DNA of 64,000 bases from a virus. This document shows, in pieces, positions 56,985 through 63,974 of this stretch; position 1 is the first letter of the stretch, and every line of letters starts with the position of its first letter. The notes beneath the pieces were generated by a model, which saw nothing but the letters and a program-made list of their open reading frames with translations, made no database searches and had not been told where the DNA came from. The stretch lies in the IMG/VR virus record IMGVR_UViG_3300050343_000230, positions 13,500-77,499 of that record; one strand, written 5' to 3'. A program made the position numbers and the translations under genes.

Positions 56985-57073
56985 AATTAGTATTGAAAAA
57001 TCCCCGGTTGTTCCAAGACCAGGGATGTGGTCCACTTCATCGCCGGGGGTTGATCAACAACCCCTAGCAGATG

Positions 57074-57430
57074 TTAAGCAGTAGCTGCTTCTGTGTCAAT
57101 AGTGTCAGCAGTAGATGCCTCAGTGATCTTGTCGATCATTGCGGACATCATTACTGCATTCTCCTGAGTCTTCTTGAAGAATGCATTGACTCGTTCAGCG
57201 GACATGGTATGAATCATGCCACCGGATTCAATGTACTTCCAGCTGCCATCAGGTTGTGGTTCACCGTTGGTAACAGCAAGCTTCTCGCTGTTACGAATGT
57301 ACTTGATCTGTAGATTGTGATGATCAGTTAGACCTTCACGATCAATCCAAGTAAGGCCAAGGTTGTACCGTTGCTCGCCATCCATGTGTGCATGGGGCTG
57401 AGGAATGAGGTGCTTGATTGCTCCGAACAT
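57074..57430 (-). CDS. hypothetical protein
   Basis: 118 aa after the tRNA, CA-rich leader. Confidence 0.65.
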   Translation of the reverse strand: MFGAIKHLIPQPHAHMDGEQRYNLGLTWIDREGLTDHHNLQIKYIRNSEKLAVTNGEPQPDGSWKYIESGGMIHTMSAERVNAFFKKTQENAVMMSAMIDKITEASTADTIDTEAATA

Positions 57431-57456
57431 GATGCTGTGTGATGTAATGGGACGGT

Positions 57457-57533
57457 TGGTAGGAGTGGCGGGATTCGAACCCGCACTGTAGCGATTTTAA
57501 GTCGCTTGCCTCTGCCAATTGGGCTACACTCCC
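57457..57533 (-). tRNA. trnL: tRNA-Leu(UAA), 77 nt, short variable loop, encoded CCA
   Basis: GGGAGUG/CACUCCU acceptor, AGCGA-CUUAAAA-UCGCU anticodon arm, GCGGG-UUCGAAU-CCCGC T arm, ACCA end. Confidence 0.95.
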
Positions 57534-57536
57534 GTT

Positions 57537-57592
57537 CTAGGGCTTACACTTTCGGTGTCTCCTGGAGGCGGCGTTACCTACCGGATGCCTAG
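57537..57592 (-). repeat. structured intergenic element family I, copy D
   Basis: CUAGG-CA-U...GUGUAAGC-CCUAG, ending 3 nt before the tRNA 5' end. Confidence 0.7.
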
Positions 57593-57598
57593 CTGTTA

Positions 57599-59368
57599 TC
57601 AGGACTGTAGCTGAAGCTCGCGGACATTCAATGCCATCTTAAGTTGATGTTCAACAATGGCACGATCAATGTCGTTGAGTCTGGCATTGCCAACGTCTGC
57701 TATCTGAGAGACGTGCATTACACCGTTGTCAACTGTTAGTTGCACAGTGTAACGAGGCTTGTTATCAATCATGACCAGTACGATCATGTGTCTGTACTTC
57801 TTAATACCGTCTGCATAGCTCTGGGAGCCGACGCAGTTACGTACTGCGCGGCCCCAATGAGCGAGCATGTGTGTATCAAGTGGTTGCAAGAACGTATAGG
57901 TATTAACTACCTCAGGTTCTGCCAGTGTGATGTCACCTTTGAGTGGTACTTTGATTGGTTCAGGGAATAGTTTCTGGGGTAATGAAGTCAATGGATTGTC
58001 TAGTTTCCATGTCTCTGCCATGAGGTGATCATGCCATTCAGTCATGCGCCAACGTCTTGGCTTAAGCTTGGCTGGATCTGTACCAGCTGCAATACATTGG
58101 GTAAGCATGGCGTATGTATCTCTCCATTCGTACGTATACATGTGTACGTTACCTGTTCTGTTGTCAATTCTTTGACGTGACTTATATTCTTTAGATGTTT
58201 CTATTGCTTTGGCATATTGCTTGCATAACATATTCAAGAAGGATTCAACAGGTAAGTTGGCACGTAACCATTCGTATCCTGTCTCAGAATGATACCCATG
58301 CATCTCGATACGAGATAGGTAACCATATCTTGAATGTAAGTAGTTGATATCCATGTCACGCCATATGCACTTGACGTGGCATACAGACTCAATGAATATC
58401 TGTAGTTCGCTATAAGGTTGTATCAATAGGTCTAAGTTAAATTGTTGTTTAGCATTCTCTGTGTCATATATAGTTTGTAGTTTATCCATTGCAGTGACTA
58501 CCATGCGACGGAACCATTTAGATTCCCATACGTCTGTTAGCCATGGATTCTTATAGTGATTAGAGATCTTTTGCAATACATCATTGATGTCATGTACGTA
58601 AGAACTCTCTATAATGTTTAACCATTTAGGACGTGTGTGACTATGTGTTAAGAGCTTGGATAAGCCTGTGCCTTTATTAGCTACGCGTTCAAATACATTA
58701 CGTGAGAAGCCACCTTTGTAAGTAGGTATCTTGCTTAGTAAGTATGCTTCCCATTTAGTAACAGCTTTGTATATAACGCTTCCATTACCCCATGATGAAA
58801 TGTAATGATTATTGCGATCAATGCCTTTCCAATAACTAGATGAGTAACCATTTTGGATTGCTACATCGTTAACTAACAATGTATCTCTGTACCAATATGA
58901 CTTACCATCTTTAACGTGTTGCATTTCTCTTCGTTTGTATTCATTATCTTCATCTGATTTAGATGATTGAAGCATGCAGGTGTTACATGCCTTACGTCCT
59001 GTTGCTGTGTCCTTATAGGTATAGCTCAGTCCGTAGTAATAAGTATCTTCTTCTTTCTGTGGTAACCATGCGGCTACCCATAGTTGTTTGTAGTAGTAGA
59101 TAACTGCTACTGGCTGAGGTTCTTCACCGAACACTGGTCGTGTGATAAGACGTACCTTACCGTTTGCAACTGACGTGGAGTTGATGTAGTCAACTGCCTC
59201 TTGCCATGTTCGATCATTAACAATGTGAGTTGGTATGAGGTTAGATGGGTTGCCATTGGGATACTTAGCTTTCTTACTAGTAGTAGTTGTCTTTGGTTGT
59301 AGTCTCTTGAGCGTCTTGTCATAGGACATGACTTCAAGTTGAAGGTTGGAAGGAAGATTGAATCGCAT
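57599..59368 (-). CDS. PcfJ-like domain protein
   Basis: WHDHL...LAHWGRAVRNCVGSQSY...YTVQL C-terminal pattern. Confidence 0.65.
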   Translation of the reverse strand: MRFNLPSNLQLEVMSYDKTLKRLQPKTTTTSKKAKYPNGNPSNLIPTHIVNDRTWQEAVDYINSTSVANGKVRLITRPVFGEEPQPVAVIYYYKQLWVAAWLPQKEEDTYYYGLSYTYKDTATGRKACNTCMLQSSKSDEDNEYKRREMQHVKDGKSYWYRDTLLVNDVAIQNGYSSSYWKGIDRNNHYISSWGNGSVIYKAVTKWEAYLLSKIPTYKGGFSRNVFERVANKGTGLSKLLTHSHTRPKWLNIIESSYVHDINDVLQKISNHYKNPWLTDVWESKWFRRMVVTAMDKLQTIYDTENAKQQFNLDLLIQPYSELQIFIESVCHVKCIWRDMDINYLHSRYGYLSRIEMHGYHSETGYEWLRANLPVESFLNMLCKQYAKAIETSKEYKSRQRIDNRTGNVHMYTYEWRDTYAMLTQCIAAGTDPAKLKPRRWRMTEWHDHLMAETWKLDNPLTSLPQKLFPEPIKVPLKGDITLAEPEVVNTYTFLQPLDTHMLAHWGRAVRNCVGSQSYADGIKKYRHMIVLVMIDNKPRYTVQLTVDNGVMHVSQIADVGNARLNDIDRAIVEHQLKMALNVRELQLQS

Positions 59369-59393
59369 TTGATTTGATGTGGTGTAAAGGAAA

Positions 59394-59427
59394 AACCTGG
59401 GACTTATACCGTTTGGATGCCCAGGTT
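59394..59427 (-). repeat. structured intergenic element family I, copy E
   Basis: AACCUGGG-CA-UCCAAACGG-UAUAAGU-CCCAGGUU. Confidence 0.8.
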
Positions 59428-59432
59428 ATTAG

Positions 59433-59717
59433 TTAGTCAATGTCAAGTTCCCATTCAAGATCTAGTGGATCAATGAATTGGATCTTGTCGTGTTCAGTAC
59501 CATGTACCGGTGGTGGAAGTTCGTCTGGCTCTAGGACAAAGCTCGCGCTACAAAGCGCTGGGCCATACTCTGCAGGATGCGCAGCGTCAGCTGGATGGTA
59601 GGTAGCAGGAATTGTCTGCACCATGTCAGCAATGTTGGCAACAGCAATCCAGTGAGACGTTCCATCGGGTTCAACAAGGTCAAGGTAAATGTTGTCAATT
59701 GAGATGATGTTGGTCAT
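59433..59717 (-). CDS. hypothetical protein
   Basis: PAEYGPALC motif, 94 aa. Confidence 0.65.
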   Translation of the reverse strand: MTNIISIDNIYLDLVEPDGTSHWIAVANIADMVQTIPATYHPADAAHPAEYGPALCSASFVLEPDELPPPVHGTEHDKIQFIDPLDLEWELDID

Positions 59718-59911
59718 GAGTTCTCCAATAAGATGATTGCAGCTTGACGTAAGCCGTTGGTCTTACCGCAGCCTATGAGCCATGCATCAGAACCTACTTT
59801 ATGCTTGTAGGTTTCGTCATGTGATGCATCTGCTGCGGCAGAGATGATGAGATACTTCTCCCATACTTTGTCACGGTAGATGCCAGGAAGTTCAGTGATT
59901 GATGAAGTCAT
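59714..59911 (-). CDS. hypothetical protein
   Basis: start reassigned to MTSSITEL. Confidence 0.55.
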   Translation of the reverse strand: MTSSITELPGIYRDKVWEKYLIISAAADASHDETYKHKVGSDAWLIGCGKTNGLRQAAIILLENS

Positions 59912-59936
59912 TTGATTAGATGTGATGGATGGACAT

Positions 59937-59963
59937 GGGTAGTTTAAAGACATACCCAGGTCT
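59937..59963 (-). repeat. 27-nt H-type pseudoknot, family II, copy a
   Basis: AGAC-CU-GGGUA-U-GUCU-UUAAAC-UACCC. Confidence 0.8.
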
Positions 59964-60033
59964 AGTTCATTGGTATCTATAAGTCTTAATAGTTGTGGTC
60001 GTGGCTGTTCCCAGGGGGTGCAGGGGGACTGAC

Positions 60034-60309
60034 TTACTGGTCGTCAGACCACATGGAGTTGTCTTCTTTGTACTCAGGTAGATCTGGTACTTGGAAGGAG
60101 GATATATCTGGTAGGTCATAGCGTTTAGCTAAGCCCGTACCAGGTAGTGATGTGGTTCCTTTTAGGTGGCCAGTCTCAACATTGATGTTGATTGTTTGGC
60201 TGAAGGGACCAATCTTAAAGGTCTTGGTGTAGGACTTGACGCCACGCTCGGTGATATTAAAGCCGAGGATGGACTTGTCAAAGTTGAATGCTGATTTCTT
60301 ACGTGTCAT
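60034..60309 (-). CDS. hypothetical protein (DUF4236-like)
   Basis: FKIGPFSQTINI...TTSLPGTGL. Confidence 0.5.
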   Translation of the reverse strand: MTRKKSAFNFDKSILGFNITERGVKSYTKTFKIGPFSQTININVETGHLKGTTSLPGTGLAKRYDLPDISSFQVPDLPEYKEDNSMWSDDQ

Positions 60310-60464
60310 GTTGAACGCTTCCGCATTGCAGGGTTTAGATCACTGAGTGCAATTAACTGGCAGATAGTTTCTATCCTTTGATAAATTTGCGTGTCAGTTG
60401 ATTGAAGCTCTAGCACCTTGTCTTCAAGATACTCAATTCTTTCTAGTAGTTCTCTCTTTTTCAT
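60306..60464 (-). CDS. hypothetical protein (52 aa)
   Basis: MKKRELLERIEYLEDK...; ATGA-coupled at both ends. Confidence 0.5.
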   Translation of the reverse strand: MKKRELLERIEYLEDKVLELQSTDTQIYQRIETICQLIALSDLNPAMRKRST

Positions 60465-60524
60465 ACCAAGTCTTCAAAAGCTGCTTTCTTACGTGTCATG
60501 TTGAATGATTTTGTAGAGGTGTAA

Positions 60525-60728
60525 CTATGAAAGGATGTCAGGGATGATGTGGTCAGGATCTGACTCATCCATGTTGGACATGATGAATCGTTCACCGTCT
60601 GGTGACATAAAGCCACCGATGAACTTGGCACCTGCCTTGTCAGCAGCTGCTTTCATCTGAGCAACAATCTGCATAGCACGTAGCTTGTCATCAGTAGGTA
60701 GTGAGTCTGGAACTTGGAGGTCATTCAT
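60525..60728 (-). CDS. hypothetical protein
   Basis: 67 aa. Confidence 0.6.
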   Translation of the reverse strand: MNDLQVPDSLPTDDKLRAMQIVAQMKAAADKAGAKFIGGFMSPDGERFIMSNMDESDPDHIIPDILS

Positions 60729-60746
60729 TTGATTGATTAGCGTAGC

Positions 60747-61031
60747 TTATGAGTTTGTGGTTGTTTGCATAAAGGCCTTGAAGCGTTTCGCTACGTCCCT
60801 TTGTGCATCCATTTGGTCATGGGCTCTCTTCTCTGCTTCTGCAGAGGTGATCTCTTCATTCATCATGAAGGCTGTTACTAAGCCTGCAAACTCTTCGTTC
60901 TCTTGTTCGTCGAGCCAGTCGTCTAGTAGCAATGGTGCTGAGTAATCATCACCATAGTTCTGTGGAGATGGATCGAAGTCGTCCAAGTAGGCTTGGTACT
61001 CTTTGAGTTGCTTGTCTGTAAAGGATGCCAT
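60747..61031 (-). CDS. acidic hypothetical protein
   Basis: start MASFTDKQ after the family I element. Confidence 0.6.
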   Translation of the reverse strand: MASFTDKQLKEYQAYLDDFDPSPQNYGDDYSAPLLLDDWLDEQENEEFAGLVTAFMMNEEITSAEAEKRAHDQMDAQRDVAKRFKAFMQTTTNS

Positions 61032-61049
61032 GTGATGTAGTGATAGGAA

Positions 61050-61083
61050 ACCCTGGGACTTATGCATTGTAGCTGCCCAGGGT
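61050..61083 (-). repeat. structured intergenic element family I, copy F
   Basis: ACCCUGGG-CA-GCUACAAUGC-AUAAGU-CCCAGGGU. Confidence 0.8.
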
Positions 61084-61113
61084 ATTAGTTATTTGTACTG
61101 TTACTAGATGTGT

Positions 61114-61485
61114 CTAGCAATAGTAAGGCCGCTCGGTGGGATAGTCCAAGGCATATCCCGAACCGAGTGTTGCGTGAAGGGCGGTAAAGCCTCTGCTGTC
61201 ATCAATAGGTGGTTGTTCGTAGAGACAGAGGTCTTGGGTGAGGTCGAGTAGTCGGTTGATACATTGCTTCTTCGTGAAGATGAAATGGGTTTGGTACGCT
61301 TGCCCGACTTCGTACCACCAGCCGCCTTCTTCCGGTCCACCAAATTGTTGGTTGACGTTGTGGAGTTTGATGCTGGTTGGTTCTGCACCGTCCCAGTCGG
61401 TTGCCCAGTTGTACTGGTCGATCCAGTATCGGGCTGCTCCGGTGCGTGGATAGCGGTTGATGTAGTCCTGGAGGAGTGAGGCCAT
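61114..61485 (-). CDS. conserved phage hypothetical protein
   Basis: FGGPEEGGWWY...YPTERPYYC. Confidence 0.7.
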   Translation of the reverse strand: MASLLQDYINRYPRTGAARYWIDQYNWATDWDGAEPTSIKLHNVNQQFGGPEEGGWWYEVGQAYQTHFIFTKKQCINRLLDLTQDLCLYEQPPIDDSRGFTALHATLGSGYALDYPTERPYYC

Positions 61486-61558
61486 AGGAGGATTGAAAGT
61501 AAAGCAATGATGTGATCGATGACGTGAACCTCGACAGGTTCAACTGTGGGCTTGAGTT

Positions 61559-61735
61559 TCAAAGGAGAGCCTCAGGGTGATTGTCAATGAACTGTTCGTA
61601 GACATGGTCTACTTCTGGTTCGTCCATTTCCTCACGCATTGCGTTCTCTTGTTGATAAGCAATGTCTGCAAGGATGTCAAGGTCGTCGGCCTTGATCTCT
61701 TGCATGAGGCGATGGAGTTCGGACATGGTTGACAT
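61559..61735 (-). CDS. acidic hypothetical protein (58 aa)
   Basis: MSTMSELHRLMQEIKADD...; read manually, follows a family II element. Confidence 0.6.
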   Translation of the reverse strand: MSTMSELHRLMQEIKADDLDILADIAYQQENAMREEMDEPEVDHVYEQFIDNHPEALL

Positions 61736-61764
61736 GATGTTGAATTGAATAATGTGATGGGACA

Positions 61765-61791
61765 GGACAGTTTAAGGACATGTCCAGGTCC
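61765..61791 (-). repeat. 27-nt H-type pseudoknot, family II, copy b
   Basis: GGAC-CU-GGACA-U-GUCC-UUAAAC-UGUCC. Confidence 0.8.
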
Positions 61792-61952
61792 ATAGATTAG
61801 CGTTTGAGTAGTCTGTAAAGCCACCTGGCTATTGCATTTCTTAACCCTGGTGACTTATAAGAGTCAAGGGTGCAAAAGTTATATTTAGAAATGCGGAAGG
61901 TGTGTTGTGCCATGTGTCTTGCAAATAGAATTATGCGTTTGGAAAGTGTTAC

Positions 61953-62207
61953 TTAGAAGCTAATGAAAGGAGCTTGAATAGTGTTGCTTGGTGCTGGTGA
62001 TTGGACATAGCGTTGGCAATAAGCCATGACTTGTCCATCGTTATAGCCTGCATTCTGTAGTTGATTGATACAGATACAGGCCTGAGTACCAAGCTGAGAT
62101 ATACAGTAGTTCATAACAGGACTAGCCTGAGAACTGGAGTAGTACTGAGCCTTGGCTTCCAACCCTGCGGTTGTGGCGACAAGGAGGGGGAGGAGGAACT
62201 TGATCAT
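61953..62207 (-). CDS. signal-peptide-bearing hypothetical protein
   Basis: MIKFLLPLLVATTAGLEAKAQ. Confidence 0.5.
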   Translation of the reverse strand: MIKFLLPLLVATTAGLEAKAQYYSSSQASPVMNYCISQLGTQACICINQLQNAGYNDGQVMAYCQRYVQSPAPSNTIQAPFISF

Positions 62208-62211
62208 TAAC

Positions 62212-62424
62212 TTAGAAGCGGATCTTCTTGTTGATGTAGCTACTGTCATTGTCGTAGCTAGTGGTCTTAGTAGTTGTGTCTTCCTCATACTCTTTAGAGT
62301 CTCGGAATGCTTCACGTACTACTAATGCACAGCCAGTGGCAACGATGAAGGGTGCTGCACCGACCATGGCTGCGATACCAGTAAGACCGGCACCAAGTGC
62401 GATTGCTTGTGACTTGTTGTTCAT
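62212..62424 (-). CDS. small membrane protein
   Basis: hydrophobic N-half. Confidence 0.55.
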   Translation of the reverse strand: MNNKSQAIALGAGLTGIAAMVGAAPFIVATGCALVVREAFRDSKEYEEDTTTKTTSYDNDSSYINKKIRF

Positions 62425-62609
62425 GATAGTTGTAGATCGTCTTGAAAGAATTGGTTTAAAACGTAACGCATCTTTATATCATCGGAGTTAGTAAATTCTT
62501 TGCTCCAATGAGTAACAATGCATTTCGTCTCCTGACATTCAATAGTCAGTCGTGTCTCATTAGGTAACTCAACTGTTAGATCGTTACCTGGTTTGATGTC
62601 AATGAGCAT
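62421..62609 (-). CDS. hypothetical protein
   Basis: 62 aa after family I copy G. Confidence 0.55.
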   Translation of the reverse strand: MLIDIKPGNDLTVELPNETRLTIECQETKCIVTHWSKEFTNSDDIKMRYVLNQFFQDDLQLS

Positions 62610-62621
62610 AGAGGTGTGAGC

Positions 62622-62665
62622 AAGAGGTAGGACTTACACACCTGGCGGGGTGATGCCTATCTCTT
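62622..62665 (-). repeat. structured intergenic element family I, copy G
   Basis: AGAGAUAGG-CA-UCACC..GGUG-UGUAAGU-CCUACCUCU. Confidence 0.8.
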
Positions 62666-63029
62666 AGTTATAGATGGGGGATTCGTAGATGAATCCTTTC
62701 TCGAATGTTTTCCATGCCTTATAGATAGCGGCACGGATCTCTTCTCGGTTGTTATAGATCACCACTGCTCCTTCCCAGGCTAGCTGGGTGAGCAGGATGA
62801 TCAGTGCAATGGCATGTACTAACAGCCATTTGAGTGGTTTGTGTAGGTGCCTGCGATAGAACTTACCAAAGGCATAGCCTGCCTCGTAGGTGTTCTTGAC
62901 GCAGTTACCAAGGAAGTTCAAGCATAACAATAGGGCTGTGATGCTGAACAGTTCACCACCTAATGCATAGATACGCATGGCGGTAGTGATGAAGGTGTCA
63001 AGGTGTGACAGGATGTGAAGGGTAGTCAT
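62664..63029 (-). CDS. membrane protein
   Basis: two hydrophobic segments. Confidence 0.6.
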   Translation of the reverse strand: MTTLHILSHLDTFITTAMRIYALGGELFSITALLLCLNFLGNCVKNTYEAGYAFGKFYRRHLHKPLKWLLVHAIALIILLTQLAWEGAVVIYNNREEIRAAIYKAWKTFEKGFIYESPIYN

Positions 63030-63050
63030 TAGTTTAATGTGTAATGGTTG

Positions 63051-63130
63051 ATGCCCCCTCGTGTAGAGAGTGAGGAGGCAATAACTGACCAGGGCCTTCG
63101 AGGCCCCAGCTCACGCTTGGTGATCAGTTG
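63051..63130 (-). repeat. three-way-junction + hairpin element, family III, copy i
   Basis: AACUGAUC...GGGGCC-UCGAA-GGCCCU-GGUCAGUU-AU-UGCC..GGCA. Confidence 0.75.
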
Positions 63131-63288
63131 TCAGGTGAGATACGCTTGGCAACCTTCCTGCGAACGTTGTCAATTTCGTATGTCACTTGTGCTTTGCTTG
63201 GCACACCTGGTGCCTTAGCTTTGCTGATACCATCTGCTGTGATATGCAGAAGGTTGGATAGATTCTTGCGGATGTTGAGTGCAGTCAT
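63124..63288 (-). CDS. basic hypothetical protein (54 aa)
   Basis: MTALNIRKNL...ISPDN*; read manually. Confidence 0.6.
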   Translation of the reverse strand: MTALNIRKNLSNLLHITADGISKAKAPGVPSKAQVTYEIDNVRRKVAKRISPDN

Positions 63289-63325
63289 TGTTCAGTAGGT
63301 AGTGTGTGTTGTAATAACCTAGACC

Positions 63326-63550
63326 TTAGAAGCCAGGGCCATACTTGTTAGTGGTGGCATAGCCGTAAGTCTTACAGAAGTCCACATGAGCAGCATGCTT
63401 TTCAGCAGGCCAGTCATGGTTAAGACATTGCTTACGGGTAGCAGCTTCTAATACTGTAGGTAATACAACTGCAGCTGAGATGGTACTCAGTGCAAGTAAC
63501 AGTGTACTGATGAATACAAGACGGCCATCGGCAAGGAACTTGTTAAACAT
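63326..63550 (-). CDS. small membrane-anchored protein
   Basis: start MFNKFLADG; QCLNHDWP...HVDFC. Confidence 0.6.
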   Translation of the reverse strand: MFNKFLADGRLVFISTLLLALSTISAAVVLPTVLEAATRKQCLNHDWPAEKHAAHVDFCKTYGYATTNKYGPGF

Positions 63551-63565
63551 GATGTGATGTAATAG

Positions 63566-63635
63566 ATGCCACGGAGGTGTGGCAATAACTGACCCCGGCA
63601 TTGCACCGGGGATGACCGCGTTTACGGATCAGTTG
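63566..63635 (-). repeat. three-way-junction + hairpin element, family III, copy ii
   Basis: AACUGAUC-CGU(AAAC)GCG...CCGG-UGCAAUG-CCGG-GGUCAGUU-AU-UGCC..GGCA. Confidence 0.75.
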
Positions 63636-63925
63636 GTAGTGATGACTAGACGATGGATGAACTTCAGCTGGTACTTATCACCCACCTTGTTGGCATAGAC
63701 ATGCCAGGTGAATGGTACGTAGTCCTCTGCATCTGTTGGTCCATCCATTGTTGTTAGGAAGGACTTGAACATCTGCATGACATCAGTGATTGTCTTGCCA
63801 TAGAACTGGAGCTGACACGTTGTGATCGTGACAGATCTTGTGTTGGTTGTTGCAATCTTGTCGCTGAGTTCATAACACTTGGTCAAGAACTCTTCGCACT
63901 TGATGTCTTCTGATGTGTAATTCAT
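63629..63925 (-). CDS. hypothetical protein
   Basis: 98 aa ending ITTN*. Confidence 0.6.
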   Translation of the reverse strand: MNYTSEDIKCEEFLTKCYELSDKIATTNTRSVTITTCQLQFYGKTITDVMQMFKSFLTTMDGPTDAEDYVPFTWHVYANKVGDKYQLKFIHRLVITTN

Positions 63926-63947
63926 GTGATTGAATGTGATTGAACGC

Positions 63948-63974
63948 GAGAAGTTTAAAGACTTACTCAGGTCT
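63948..63974 (-). repeat. 27-nt H-type pseudoknot, family II, copy c
   Basis: AGAC-CU-GAGUA-A-GUCU-UUAAAC-UUCUC. Confidence 0.75.

Noticed and set aside
57010-57050. Hammerhead ribozyme in the thyX leader (CGAUGA...GGAAC)
   Set aside because: It lacks the exact CUGAUGA and GAAA core and a third stem.
61845-61870. Eighth family I copy (contains UAUAAGUC)
   Set aside because: It lacks the GG-CA strand and lies within a probable 38-aa ORF.
51358-63974. Interpreting the dispersed repeats as a CRISPR array or as simple Rho-independent terminators
   Set aside because: Spacing is gene-sized and irregular, the repeats vary with compensatory changes, there are no cas genes, and most copies lack a U-tract.
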